A stretch of 64,000 nucleotides of DNA from Thermoplasmata archaeon (GTDB taxonomy: Archaea; Thermoplasmatota; Thermoplasmata; Lutacidiplasmatales; UBA184): assembly GCA_022749815.1 (NCBI GenBank), contig JAKIWV010000001.1:452124-516123 (forward strand). The letters are read 5' to 3'. The notes beneath the pieces were generated by a model, which saw nothing but the letters and a program-made list of their open reading frames with translations, ran no database searches and was not told the origin of the DNA. Shown piece by piece: positions 1 to 9,573 of the stretch. How positions within the stretch are numbered: the stretch's first letter is position 1; the number at the start of each line of letters is the position of its first letter. The translations under genes and the position numbers were made by a program.

Positions 1-350
1 CCCCAGAACATATCGGTGGGGGCGGAGAGGGAGGTCGCTCCCGCGGCCACGGCCCGCCGGTACGCCGCGTCCACGTCCGGCACGTAGAGCCAGATGGCGC
101 TGGCAGTGCCACCGAGGGTTTTGGGCGAACGGGGGCCCATATCCGGAAACTCGTCGGCGAGCATGAACATCGAGTCTCCCACTTGGAACTCCGCGTGCAT
201 GATCTTGCCTCCCGGTCCGGCAGAGCGCATTTTCTCTCGCCCGCCCAACGCCTTCGCGTAGAATTCGAGCGCTCGCGGAGCGTTGTCGACGATCAGCGCA
301 GGGGTCGCCGTATGGTATCCATCGGGTATTGGTTTCACGGGAGGTGCCAT
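1..350 (-). CDS. VOC/PhnB-family glyoxalase-like protein (3' end outside window)
   Basis: Manual translation from ATG at 350: MAPPVKPIPDGYHTATPALIV...ALEFYAKALG...IMHAEFQVGDS...LYVPDVDAAYRRAVAAGA...DMFWG. Confidence 0.85.
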   Translation of the reverse strand, partial: MAPPVKPIPDGYHTATPALIVDNAPRALEFYAKALGGREKMRSAGPGGKIMHAEFQVGDSMFMLADEFPDMGPRSPKTLGGTASAIWLYVPDVDAAYRRAVAAGATSLSAPTDMFW

Positions 351-505
351 GGCCTCGCTCACATCGCGGGGCCCTTTTCAAGTGTTTCGACCCTGGCCGC
401 CGAATCTCCTCCGACTGGGGGTGGAACGGGCGCTCGGGAGGGAGCCGGGTTCGTGGCGAGGATCTCCCCGGAGGAAGAGATCGGAAAGGGTTGGACGGGT
501 CCCGC

Positions 506-1651
506 CTACGGTTTCAGGATGACCTTGATGATGCCGCCGAGTCGCTTGTCGAACTGCTCGTAGAGCTTGGGCGCGTTCTCGAGCGGTTCCCGGTGGGTCA
601 CGACGATCGAGGGGTCGACGCGGCCGTTCTCGATGGCGCGCATCAAGTACCGGTTGTAGTTCTTCACGTTGCATTGGCCCATCCGGAACCCGAGCTCGCG
701 GGTGAACGCGGCTCCCAACGGGAAGCTGACGCGTCCCTCCTTGTCCTGGGGCGTCGGGGCGAACAGGCCCGGCATCCCGATGATCGCGCCCTTCTTGGCG
801 ACCTTCATCAACGTCTCCAGCACGACGAGTGGCTTCGCCTCGACCTTGGGTCCGGGCGCGATGACGCCCTTGCCGGTCGCTTCGTAGCCGACCGCTTCCA
901 CGCAGGCATCGGCCCCCGCTTGGTCGGTATCGTCGAGGACGCGACGGACCGGGTCCTCCTTGTCGACGTTCACGGGGGTCGCGCCGATCTTCTTCGCCAT
1001 CGCGAGGCGCTCCGGTACCCGGTCGAATCCGTAGACCTTCGCCGCGCCGCGGAGGAGGGCCGCCATCTGCGCCATGAGGCCCACGGGTCCGCAGCCGCCC
1101 ACGGCGACGATGTGGCCGGGCTTCACGCCGGCGATGTCGCAGCCGAAATAGCCAGTTGGAAAGATATCTGCCAGCAGCACGGCCTGGTCATCGCGCACGC
1201 CGTCGGGGATCTGGAGGCACATCGTATCGGCGTACGGGACCCGGAGATACTCGGCCTGTCCGCCATCGAACCCCCCCAGCAACTTCGCGTAGCCGAACGC
1301 CGCCCCCGGTCCTTTCGGGTAGAACGGGTTCGCGTTGTCGCACATCGACCAGAGGCCACTGTTGCAGAATTCGCAGGCGCCGCAGCTGATGTTGAACGGA
1401 ACGACGACCCGGTCCCCCTTCTTCACGAAGTGGACCGCGCTGCCGACCTCGTCGACGACCCCGACGTTCTCGTGGCCGAGGGTCTGGCCGGGAAGGTCGG
1501 GGCTGATCAATCCGTGGAACAGGTGGAGGTCCGACCCGCAAATGCAGCTCGCCGTGATCTTGAGCACGACGTCGGTGGAGTCCTTGATCTTGGGTTTCGG
1601 CTTGTCTTCGATCGCCAATTGGTAGGGTCCGCGGTAGACATTCGCCTTCAG
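506..1651 (-). CDS. Zn-dependent alcohol/formaldehyde dehydrogenase (MDR family)
   Basis: ICGSDLH, GHE, CGACEFC structural Zn and GCGPVG motifs; frame extends to a CTG at 1651 (LKANVYRGPY) just after GGTGA. Confidence 0.9.
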   Translation of the reverse strand: MKANVYRGPYQLAIEDKPKPKIKDSTDVVLKITASCICGSDLHLFHGLISPDLPGQTLGHENVGVVDEVGSAVHFVKKGDRVVVPFNISCGACEFCNSGLWSMCDNANPFYPKGPGAAFGYAKLLGGFDGGQAEYLRVPYADTMCLQIPDGVRDDQAVLLADIFPTGYFGCDIAGVKPGHIVAVGGCGPVGLMAQMAALLRGAAKVYGFDRVPERLAMAKKIGATPVNVDKEDPVRRVLDDTDQAGADACVEAVGYEATGKGVIAPGPKVEAKPLVVLETLMKVAKKGAIIGMPGLFAPTPQDKEGRVSFPLGAAFTRELGFRMGQCNVKNYNRYLMRAIENGRVDPSIVVTHREPLENAPKLYEQFDKRLGGIIKVILKP

Positions 1652-1754
1652 AAAATCACCCGGCCCGGAGTCCGGAACGGCCTACTTAATCGTTCGCTCG
1701 GGGTCTCTGTTCGGTGACCGGGTCTCGAGTCCCGGGGGGGGTCGCGGCCAAGGG

Positions 1755-2063
1755 TCAAAGCCGGCGAAAGCGCGCCCAGAGGGCGCCGAGCATCGCGCCC
1801 ATCCCGACGAAATACCAGGACAGGTCGGTCACACCCGCGGAAAGGAACGGCTGGTCCACCTCGTTGGCCGGATCCCACAGCAGCTCTTTGAAGAGTACGA
1901 CGAGCGCGAAGGCTGCCACGGCTCCCCTGGGTACCCGAGGGTGCTCTCGGGTGAGATCGCCGAGCCTCCCCGGGGCGAGCGCGTACGCGACGGCGACGGC
2001 GAGCGCGCCGATGACGGCGTGGTCTTCCGGGAGGATGATGGCCGGACTCAACCAGTCGACCAT
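1755..2063 (-). CDS. small membrane protein
   Basis: Three hydrophobic segments; ATG at 2063 (MVDWLSPAII). Confidence 0.55.
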   Translation of the reverse strand: MVDWLSPAIILPEDHAVIGALAVAVAYALAPGRLGDLTREHPRVPRGAVAAFALVVLFKELLWDPANEVDQPFLSAGVTDLSWYFVGMGAMLGALWARFRRL

Positions 2064-2196
2064 TGTTGGGCTCGGGCCGGGGAGTTCTGTAACATTATCA
2101 GGTCTCCCGCCACGGGGTCTTGCCGCACCGCTCACCGGAACTCGAGCCGGCCCGATGAGCGCTCCCCTCCGTCGAGGCGAGAGGATCCCTGCGCGG

Positions 2197-3456
2197 TCAA
2201 GCGGTGGAGCGGACCCTTCGGTTCGGGATCACCCACGCGAGGGCCGGAAGTGTGGCGATTGCGAGCACTCCGAAGCCGACCCAGGTCCAAGTGTAGCCGC
2301 TCCACACCACGCCGAGGGCGAACAGCGGAGCCGCCACGGCTTGGAATGAGACGTGGCTGGTCTCGAGGAATCCCATCGCGGCGGCGGACCCGCCTCCGTC
2401 GACCTCCCGGAAATTCGAGGGCATCGCGAAGAAGACCGGTAGGGTCGCTCCCGCGAGCAGGCCGAGGATCGCGAACTGCACGACGAGCTCTATCTGGTCG
2501 AGGAACGGGATCGCCACGGCGACGGCCCCGAAGGCGACGCCCAAGAGAGCTCCGACGACCCGTCGATCGGTTCCGCGTTCGCTGACCCAGGTGCCGAGAA
2601 GACTCCCCGGTATCGTGCCCAGGAGCGCGACCGAACCTAGGAGTCCGGCGAGGGAGATTCCCCAGTTCGGATGTACGTCATGGAGGAACGTGGAAACGAA
2701 ATCGAGACCGACCGCCGCCGCCATCGAGACCCCCGCGAAGCCTAGAGAGAGTCCCCAGACGGAGCGGGACCGGAGGACCCGCCCCACGGGTGAAGCGCCC
2801 GGCGCGGGGCGTTCCGGAGCGTCCGGGTGGTGGAGGGCGGGGAGGAATACCGCGCAGACGACGGCCGTAGCGATCGCGAGCGAGGAGACAAGACCGAAGA
2901 CGAGCGCCCAACCAAAGCTGGGGCCCCACGTGGCCCCGAGAACGAATCCTAGGGCCCCGCCGAATCCGTAGCCGGTGCTAACGAACAGCCCCAGGACGAG
3001 GGACCGGAGTCGGGGGGGGAGCAGTTCCGCTTGGAAGGCCATCGAAGGGGCGAAGAAGAGCCCCCCACCGGCCCCGGCGGCAATCCGCAATCCTGCGATC
3101 TCGACACTCGAAGTGGCCGCGATCGAAGCGAGGCCGGCCAGACCCATCACGAGCAGCCCGGTCGCGAGGGTGGTTCGGTGCCCCCACCGCATGACGGCGA
3201 GACCCGAGGGAAGCGACGTGGCCGCGTATCCGATAGGGAACCCTGCCACGACGAATCCCAACTGAGCGACGCCGACATGGAACGAGGTGCCGATGAGCGG
3301 GAGGAGAATCTCGGCGCTCGTCCACATTGTCTCGAGGATAATCACGCCGGCAAACAGCGCCACGATGGCGGTCAGACGGACGCCCGGCGGCGCGGAACGT
3401 TCTCCGGTTCGGGTCACACGGATCGTAGCGACGGACCTCCCTCCGGTACAACCCAC
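2197..3456 (-). CDS. MFS transporter
   Basis: About 12 TM segments; motif-A-like SGLAVMRWGHR; LRIAAGAGGG; start uncertain. Confidence 0.85.
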   Translation of the reverse strand: MGCTGGRSVATIRVTRTGERSAPPGVRLTAIVALFAGVIILETMWTSAEILLPLIGTSFHVGVAQLGFVVAGFPIGYAATSLPSGLAVMRWGHRTTLATGLLVMGLAGLASIAATSSVEIAGLRIAAGAGGGLFFAPSMAFQAELLPPRLRSLVLGLFVSTGYGFGGALGFVLGATWGPSFGWALVFGLVSSLAIATAVVCAVFLPALHHPDAPERPAPGASPVGRVLRSRSVWGLSLGFAGVSMAAAVGLDFVSTFLHDVHPNWGISLAGLLGSVALLGTIPGSLLGTWVSERGTDRRVVGALLGVAFGAVAVAIPFLDQIELVVQFAILGLLAGATLPVFFAMPSNFREVDGGGSAAAMGFLETSHVSFQAVAAPLFALGVVWSGYTWTWVGFGVLAIATLPALAWVIPNRRVRSTA

Positions 3457-3497
3457 TCACGTCCGGGCCGTCGCCGGGTCGACCCGCATCGAAGACC

Positions 3498-4346
3498 CTA
3501 GGGCGACGGGGTGTGGGCCTCGAGCCAACGAGTCAGGTCTCCGACGACCGTCGCGTGCTCCGGTTCGTGGAGGAGGTCGTGCGAGAGGCCCGGGTAGAGC
3601 CGGAGGGTCTTGTCGGTCGAGGCGGCTCCATCCCGAAGCGCCTGGCTTCCCGCCGGGTTCGAGAGTCGGTCGGCGGTTCCGTGCAGCACGAGGAATGGAG
3701 TTGTGACCGCCGACCGGTTCAGGCGGATCCAATCCATCGTGCGGAGGAGCTCCGCCGCCGTGCGGGCCGGGGCGGGTCTCTGGTAAATGAGCGGGTCCTG
3801 GTCCATCGCGGCCACGACGGACGGATCCCGCGAAAAGTCTGCATTGGCTGTCCGGAAGACGGCGGCGCCCGGGGCGATGGTGGAGAGCAATTTGGTGAAC
3901 GCGATCGCCCCTTTCGAGACTCGTGCGTCCGGCTGGAGCGCCGGTGCGCTGAGCAGGAAGCCCGTGGCGGCAGGACGACGTTCGACGACGAATCGAGTAA
4001 CGATGGCTCCCCCCATACTGTGCCCGAAGAGGAACCACGGCGAGGCCGGGAACTCCTGTCGAAGCATCGCGAGCACCCGGTTCAGGTCGTCAATGTACTC
4101 GTCGAATCGGCGTACCCAGGCCCGGCGACCTTCCGAGCGTCCGTGGCCGCGGAGGTCGAAGGAGGCCACCGCGAAGCCGCGTGCGGTGAGATCCTCGGCC
4201 ACGCTCGCGTAGCGCTCGCTGTGGTCCTTGAGCCCATGGACGATCAGCACCACCGCCTTCGGAGCTCCATCGGGCCGCCAGACCTGCCAGTAGAGCCGGG
4301 TGCCATCGGCCGCCGGGAACATCCCTTCCTCGTGTTCTGCACCCAT
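3498..4346 (-). CDS. lysophospholipase/monoacylglycerol lipase-type alpha/beta hydrolase
   Basis: VHGLKDHSERY, DLRGHGRS, GHSMGG nucleophile, HGTAD, SHDLLHE. Confidence 0.9.
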   Translation of the reverse strand: MGAEHEEGMFPAADGTRLYWQVWRPDGAPKAVVLIVHGLKDHSERYASVAEDLTARGFAVASFDLRGHGRSEGRRAWVRRFDEYIDDLNRVLAMLRQEFPASPWFLFGHSMGGAIVTRFVVERRPAATGFLLSAPALQPDARVSKGAIAFTKLLSTIAPGAAVFRTANADFSRDPSVVAAMDQDPLIYQRPAPARTAAELLRTMDWIRLNRSAVTTPFLVLHGTADRLSNPAGSQALRDGAASTDKTLRLYPGLSHDLLHEPEHATVVGDLTRWLEAHTPSP

Positions 4347-4384
4347 GGGACGCCGGGGCGGGGACCGGCGAGACATAAATGAGC

Positions 4385-5125
4385 TCACGCGAGGACGCCG
4401 AACCGGTCGAGCTTCGCTACCAACCCCTGGACGAAGTTCTCCACCTCCACCTCCTGCCCATGTTTGCGGAAGTAACGGGCGAGGGCGTCGACGCCGTGCT
4501 GGAGCGCCGCGGAGGCTTCGCTGAGGCGAATCCATGGGGAGGCCCCGAGTCGATCGACACGGACGCCGGCCGCCAGGTCGATGATCCAGGGCCGGTCCCG
4601 GTCGACGAGAATGTTGAACGGGCTCATGTCCGAGTGGACGATCCCCGCATCCGCCAGTCGTTCCACCTCTCGAAGGGTTTCGGTGGCCAGGCGAGCCGGG
4701 TCCGAGGGGACCACTTCTTGCATCCTCGGCGCGGGCCGCTCGAGCGACCCAAGAAACTCCATCGAGAGCATGTTCTCCACGCGACGACCGGGCTCCGGCA
4801 CGCGCACCCCGTTCCGCCAGGCGTAGACGAGGAGCTCGTACTCCCTCGACGCTTGGTGCCCCATCGAGTCGAGCTTGATCGGCCGCCCGCCCCGATGGCT
4901 CGTCCGATAGAAGCGGTACGACTTCACCGCGAGCCGTCGTCGGCCATCGAGGCAAAGGTACACGTCGGCCTCCTTGCCGGAGCCGATCCGCTGTAGTACC
5001 TCGGTCGCCAGACCTGCGTCGAGGATAGCGTCCGCTACGTCGCGGTACCCGGGCTCCTGGAATCCCAGGTTCCCGGTCGCGATCCGCCAGCGCACGCTCT
5101 TGTCCAGGTAGGGGTCGTTCGGCAT
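4385..5125 (-). CDS. RIO-family Ser/Thr kinase (short form)
   Basis: GSGKEADVY, VHSDMSPFNIL and IIDL motifs. Confidence 0.85.
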   Translation of the reverse strand: MPNDPYLDKSVRWRIATGNLGFQEPGYRDVADAILDAGLATEVLQRIGSGKEADVYLCLDGRRRLAVKSYRFYRTSHRGGRPIKLDSMGHQASREYELLVYAWRNGVRVPEPGRRVENMLSMEFLGSLERPAPRMQEVVPSDPARLATETLREVERLADAGIVHSDMSPFNILVDRDRPWIIDLAAGVRVDRLGASPWIRLSEASAALQHGVDALARYFRKHGQEVEVENFVQGLVAKLDRFGVLA

Positions 5126-5212
5126 CGATTAACGCGGTCCGAGCCCGGAGGAATCGATGGCCCTCGGAGGGCCGAACGGCGGAGAGGACCCGTGGGAAGA
5201 AACGGCGGCGCG

Positions 5213-5284
5213 CTAGGCGGTCCTCGGTGTCGTGTGGGCCACTCCGAACGTCATTCCACCGAGAACCTCCTGGCCTAGGGCCAT
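5213..5284 (-). CDS. putative leader peptide (uORF) upstream of RIO kinase
   Basis: ATG 5284 to TAG 5213, MALGQEVLGGMTFGVAHTTPRTA; TATA-like TTTACATA about 20 nt upstream. Confidence 0.3.
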   Translation of the reverse strand: MALGQEVLGGMTFGVAHTTPRTA

Positions 5285-5384
5285 CTTTCCCACGGCCGTC
5301 GCTCTATGTAAACCCGTCGGGACAGTGGTCGGCCCCCGACCGCCCCCGGGACCGCCGGCCAACAGAAACATCAACCACGAGAGA

Positions 5385-5672
5385 GTGGGGGTCGAGGGGA
5401 GCATCAAGGTGGTTCGGCCGACAACGGAGGCCTCCGCCGATGGGCGGATCCGCCAGCCCTCTTGGGGTCGGCTCGGGCTCGAGATCGTCACGGACCTGGT
5501 CGGTTGGCTCGTCGTCTTCGCGGTCCTGCAGGCGATTGGCCTCGCCGAGATCCAGAAGGTCTTCGGAACCTCCCTGTTCACGGAGCTCGTTCTCGTTTTG
5601 ATTCTCTTCTTCGCCGTCACGCTCGCCGTCCGGGTCGGGTTCACGATGCTCGCCCGGCGCACCGTCCGCTGA
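5385..5672 (+). CDS. small membrane protein
   Basis: Two hydrophobic helices; start uncertain. Confidence 0.45.
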   Translation: MGVEGSIKVVRPTTEASADGRIRQPSWGRLGLEIVTDLVGWLVVFAVLQAIGLAEIQKVFGTSLFTELVLVLILFFAVTLAVRVGFTMLARRTVR

Positions 5673-5715
5673 CGTGGTCCGACCCTCCAGCTGTGCGTTC
5701 ACACCCGCGGTTCTA

Positions 5716-6477
5716 ATGTCCGGGATGTACTCCGACCTGGCCGAGTACTACGACGCGGTGTACTCGGGCAAGAAGGATTACCGGAAGGAGTCCGACCGCA
5801 TCGTCGGGCTCGCTCGGCGGAATGGTCGGTCGGGGGGACGGGAGTGGCTGGACGTCGCCTGCGGCACCGGACAACACATTCGATACCTCTCCCCCCGGTT
5901 TCGGTGCACGGGCGTCGATGCGAGCCCCCAGATGTTGCGCATCGCTCGTCGACGGAATCCCGGGGTCCGGTTCGTGCGGGGGGACATGAGGTCATTCCGG
6001 CTCCGCCGGCAATTCGACGTGGTGTCCTGTCTGTTCAGCGCCATAGGACACGTCAACACCCTGTCGGCACTCCGCCGGACGATCGAGTGCTTCGTCCGCC
6101 ATCTGAAGCCGGGCGGCGTGGTTCTCATCGAGCCGTGGCTCACGAGGAAGACGTTCTTCGCCGGCAGAGTCCATCTCCTCACGGTAGATACGCCCGACCT
6201 CAAGATCGCGCGAGCCACCTACTCCATGGTGCACGGAAGCCAGTCCATCCTTCGGATGCACTACCTCATCGCCGAGCGGGGTCGCGGCGTTCGCCACACA
6301 GCCATCCGCGAGGTGTCCGGTCTCTTCGACCACTCGACCACTCTGAGACTCCTCCGAAACGCGGGACTTCAGGCTCGATTCCTTCGACGTGGGTTCCTGC
6401 CCGACCGGGGCCTGTTCGTCGGGGTGCGCCCGGTCGTCCCACCAAACCGGCCCGCGCCGAGCCGGTCCCGGCGCTGA
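5716..6477 (+). CDS. class I SAM-dependent methyltransferase
   Basis: WLDVACGTG, GVDASPQML, GDMRSF, FDVVSCLFSAIGH, HLKPGG. Confidence 0.9.
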   Translation: MSGMYSDLAEYYDAVYSGKKDYRKESDRIVGLARRNGRSGGREWLDVACGTGQHIRYLSPRFRCTGVDASPQMLRIARRRNPGVRFVRGDMRSFRLRRQFDVVSCLFSAIGHVNTLSALRRTIECFVRHLKPGGVVLIEPWLTRKTFFAGRVHLLTVDTPDLKIARATYSMVHGSQSILRMHYLIAERGRGVRHTAIREVSGLFDHSTTLRLLRNAGLQARFLRRGFLPDRGLFVGVRPVVPPNRPAPSRSRR

Positions 6478-6549
6478 CCGTTCGGGGCCCGGGCCCCGGC
6501 TGCAGTGGGAACTAAGAGGGTAAATGGGGGGGGCCGGGTTGCCCACCTT

Positions 6550-6828
6550 ATGGGACTCCCCGAGCTTTTCGTTGCCGCGCTGATTACCGGCCTCTCCGCC
6601 ATCAACGCCGTCGTGCCGCTCGGCGCTTGGTCCCGGACGCGCGACCCGCGGCTCCTGCTCGTGGCGGGCGCGAACGGCTGCCTCCTTCTCGTGGGAGCCC
6701 TGTGGGCGTGGGGGCAGCTCCCCGGGGGACCCACCGAGTTCGGAACTCCGTCCTGGCCCATTCTGATCCTGGCGCTCGGCGTTGCCCTCCTGCTGCTCGG
6801 AACGGCCCTCGTGCCCCGCCGAACCTGA
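6550..6828 (+). CDS. small 3-TM membrane protein
   Basis: Hydrophobic 92-aa ORF ending 3 nt before the HTH gene. Confidence 0.6.
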   Translation: MGLPELFVAALITGLSAINAVVPLGAWSRTRDPRLLLVAGANGCLLLVGALWAWGQLPGGPTEFGTPSWPILILALGVALLLLGTALVPRRT

Positions 6829-6831
6829 GCG

Positions 6832-7359
6832 ATGGAGGACGACCTCCTCGCGCTCGACACTCGACGGCGGCTCTACGCGGTCGTCCACCAGTCTCCCGGA
6901 CTCGGTAGCCGGGAGATCCAACGCCGGACGGGCATGGCCTGGGGCGAAACGACGTACCATCTGGACCGTCTGGTCACTGCGGGGCTGGTCCACCGGGAAC
7001 AGGGGGGGCACCAGGATTTCTATTTCGCGTCTACCGTTCCGCTCGGGGACCGCACCCTGCTCCGGCTCGCCCGGTCCGAGGCCAGTCGGAGGATCCTGAG
7101 CGCCCTGCTGGCCGCCTCCGAGCTGACCGTTCCGGAACTCCAGGAGCGCACCGGGATGAGTCCGGGCCGTCTGTCGATCCACCTGCGCCGGTTCCTCGAG
7201 ACCGGGCTCCTGGCGACGGGTCGCCGGGAACGGTTCCGGACCTTCACGATCGTCGACCGGGACCGCGTGGTCCGGCTGCTCATCGCCTATCGTGCCAGCT
7301 TCGCCGACGGCTGGGTCGACCGTCTTCTCGAGACCTGGTCCGAGGTGTTCCGGCCATGA
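6832..7359 (+). CDS. tandem winged helix-turn-helix transcriptional regulator
   Basis: Two ArsR-like HTH repeats (RRRLYAVVHQSPG...YHLDRL; SRRILSALL...SIHLRRF). Confidence 0.85.
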   Translation: MEDDLLALDTRRRLYAVVHQSPGLGSREIQRRTGMAWGETTYHLDRLVTAGLVHREQGGHQDFYFASTVPLGDRTLLRLARSEASRRILSALLAASELTVPELQERTGMSPGRLSIHLRRFLETGLLATGRRERFRTFTIVDRDRVVRLLIAYRASFADGWVDRLLETWSEVFRP

Positions 7360-7436
7360 AGGTTTCGGGATTGGACCACTCGTTTCCGTTGCCGCACCAA
7401 AAACGAGGTGGCGAGTGCCCCCCGTGGACACCTCCG

Positions 7437-8408
7437 ATGAGGAGCGTGCCTCTCCCGAACGGGTCGCCGCGCGTCCGTCTCTCCCGGACGCTCCCGCGGG
7501 CCGGCCCGCTCCTCGTTCTCGCCGCCGTCGTTGCCGTGCTCGCCCTCACCCCCGCAGGCGCCACATGGGGCGGAAATCCCCCCCCGGTGGCGTACGGCTG
7601 GAACAACGGCTCGGTGCTCTGCGCGTTCAACGCCTCGCTCCCGTCGGTCACCGTGTCGGCCCAGGGGTCTAGCGGGACCGGGATGGGCGTCGGCCTCACC
7701 CAAATCACCGAACTCTCGCCGCAGGGCGTGGTCGTTGCTTCTGCCGTGATGGGCTCGGTCGTCTGGGACCCGAACGACACCAGTTCGACCACCGCGTTCG
7801 TAATGAGCTATGGGGAGACAGTCCCTGTGACCAGTCCAACGGCTCCGACCCCGCCGGTCGGGTCCGTCCAGGTCAACCTCAGCTACTCACTGGCCCGTAG
7901 CCCAACCAGTCTCGCGCAGGCCAACCAGGTTTCCGTCCAAGTCCTGATTCAGCACTGGCCCTGGCAGAACGTCCAAGATACGCTCGCCCTCGAAGTACCG
8001 ATCTGGTCCGCCTTCGCTACCTCGGAGCATGTGGTCGTCGGATCCGCGACTAGTCCGAGGGTCGACAGCGTTTCGTCCGCGAACGGGCAGTCGTTGGAGT
8101 ACTTCCAAGCGGCCACCTCCGCGACGACGACGGCAGGCAGCCCGGTAGCCGTCACTGCCCACACGACCGTGATGGCCGGTAAGGGGTCGACCACTCTTAC
8201 GTTCGGCACCGGTGCGGGAGGCGCCAGTTCGCTCACCTACCAGGCCACTCTGGGAATCACCCCAAGCACGCAGGTCCTCGGCGTTCCGCTCTACGACTAC
8301 GCCGCCGTAGCGGGCGGTGCCGGCCTTGTCGCGCTCGCCGTGGGGGCGGGCACGAGCCGGATCCGCCGCCGGCCGTCCGACCTGACCTTCGTGGAGGAAG
8401 ACGAATGA
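7437..8408 (+). CDS. secreted, C-terminally anchored surface protein
   Basis: N-terminal signal peptide, Ser/Thr-rich body, C-terminal TM followed by RIRRR. Confidence 0.7.
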   Translation: MRSVPLPNGSPRVRLSRTLPRAGPLLVLAAVVAVLALTPAGATWGGNPPPVAYGWNNGSVLCAFNASLPSVTVSAQGSSGTGMGVGLTQITELSPQGVVVASAVMGSVVWDPNDTSSTTAFVMSYGETVPVTSPTAPTPPVGSVQVNLSYSLARSPTSLAQANQVSVQVLIQHWPWQNVQDTLALEVPIWSAFATSEHVVVGSATSPRVDSVSSANGQSLEYFQAATSATTTAGSPVAVTAHTTVMAGKGSTTLTFGTGAGGASSLTYQATLGITPSTQVLGVPLYDYAAVAGGAGLVALAVGAGTSRIRRRPSDLTFVEEDE

Positions 8409-8677
8409 ATCGCATGGAGGAACCGGTGCTGCCGAACCACCGATCGCAACGCGTCGTCTCGCTCCCCTGCGGGCACCGAGTCTACGTGATGCTCGACGCT
8501 TCGTTGATCGGACTCTCAGGTCCGGTCCTCGACCATCAGTCGAACTGCCGGGGCGAACGAACGACCACTTATGCCGCCTGGTTCGTCCCCGGCGCCTTCG
8601 CGAGGGCGGAGTCTGCGCCCATCCCGGGCCGGGCTCCCGGCGCACGGGACCCGACCCTGCAAGCGACGAACCCATGA
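8405..8677 (+). CDS. small hypothetical protein with Cys/His motifs
   Basis: ATGA overlaps on both sides; LPCGH...HQSNC. Confidence 0.5.
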   Translation: MNRMEEPVLPNHRSQRVVSLPCGHRVYVMLDASLIGLSGPVLDHQSNCRGERTTTYAAWFVPGAFARAESAPIPGRAPGARDPTLQATNP

Positions 8678-9453
8678 CCTCGACCACCTCCCGCGACCCG
8701 CCGGTCGCGCAGGGAACGTCCGCCGGCCCCGCTACCGTCTCCCGCACGGAGTCGCTGGATCCTGAGCGTCGATCCCATCACGCGATGCGGCGTCTCGTCG
8801 TCGGGGCGCAGCTGCGACTGCCCCGAGCGTTCGAGGGAGCCCTATTGATCTCCCTCGTGGGTCTCGTCCTGGCGGCGTTCGTATGCCCCCCGGCCGTCGC
8901 GCCCTCCCGGGGCACCGGGGTGACTCCGGCGGTGATGCCCGGACCGTCGCTCCCTGTAGCGGTGGACTATGTCAACGTCAGCACCACATCGATGTACGCG
9001 TTCGTCCCGAACCAGTTCACGGTCACGCCGGGCGCCGTGGTCCATCTCATGGTGACCCAAGAAGCGAATTTCGCGCACACGTTCCTGCTCTCCTCTGCGG
9101 TGAACTTTACCTTCCCCTCCTCGGACACGACCACCGATCTGGTGGCGTACTTCCACACCCATGTCCCGCTGGTCAACCTCACATTGGGGTCCACGGTCGG
9201 CCTGCGCGCCTATGCCAACTTCACGGCGCCGGCCGCCGGAACCTACGAGTTCGTCTGCGTGGTCGATGGCCACTTTACCTCCGGCATGACCGGGGTGATG
9301 ACCTCGGGGAGCGCCGTCGTCCCACCGCCGTACGCCCTCCCCTGGACTCTCCTCGTGGTCGCTGCCGTAGTGATCGTGGGCGCCGCGGGCGCGACCCTTG
9401 CCGTGCTGCGCCGTCGAAAGACCCCGCCGATTCCGCCCCAGGACCGGGCGTAG
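8674..9453 (+). CDS. membrane-anchored blue copper protein (cupredoxin, sulfocyanin/rusticyanin-like)
   Basis: Type-1 Cu ligands AHTF and YEFVCVVDGHFTSGMTG (C-x4-H-x4-M); C-terminal TM. Confidence 0.85.
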   Translation: MTSTTSRDPPVAQGTSAGPATVSRTESLDPERRSHHAMRRLVVGAQLRLPRAFEGALLISLVGLVLAAFVCPPAVAPSRGTGVTPAVMPGPSLPVAVDYVNVSTTSMYAFVPNQFTVTPGAVVHLMVTQEANFAHTFLLSSAVNFTFPSSDTTTDLVAYFHTHVPLVNLTLGSTVGLRAYANFTAPAAGTYEFVCVVDGHFTSGMTGVMTSGSAVVPPPYALPWTLLVVAAVVIVGAAGATLAVLRRRKTPPIPPQDRA

Positions 9454-9573
9454 CCGCGGTCGCCACCCCCGTTTCGCCGGGGGGGTTCCCCGACCCCGAG
9501 TGACACCAACCTATCGTCCCCCCCGAGGGGGGACTGAGAGAGATTCAAATAGGATGGGTCTGATGCGGCCGCC

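Noticed and set aside
329-1717. Long antisense or alternate-frame ORFs (also 25277-26983, 29189-30361, 30695-31804, 35629-37029, 51695-53098 and others)
   Set aside because: Shadows of well-supported genes in high-GC DNA, with no protein motifs.
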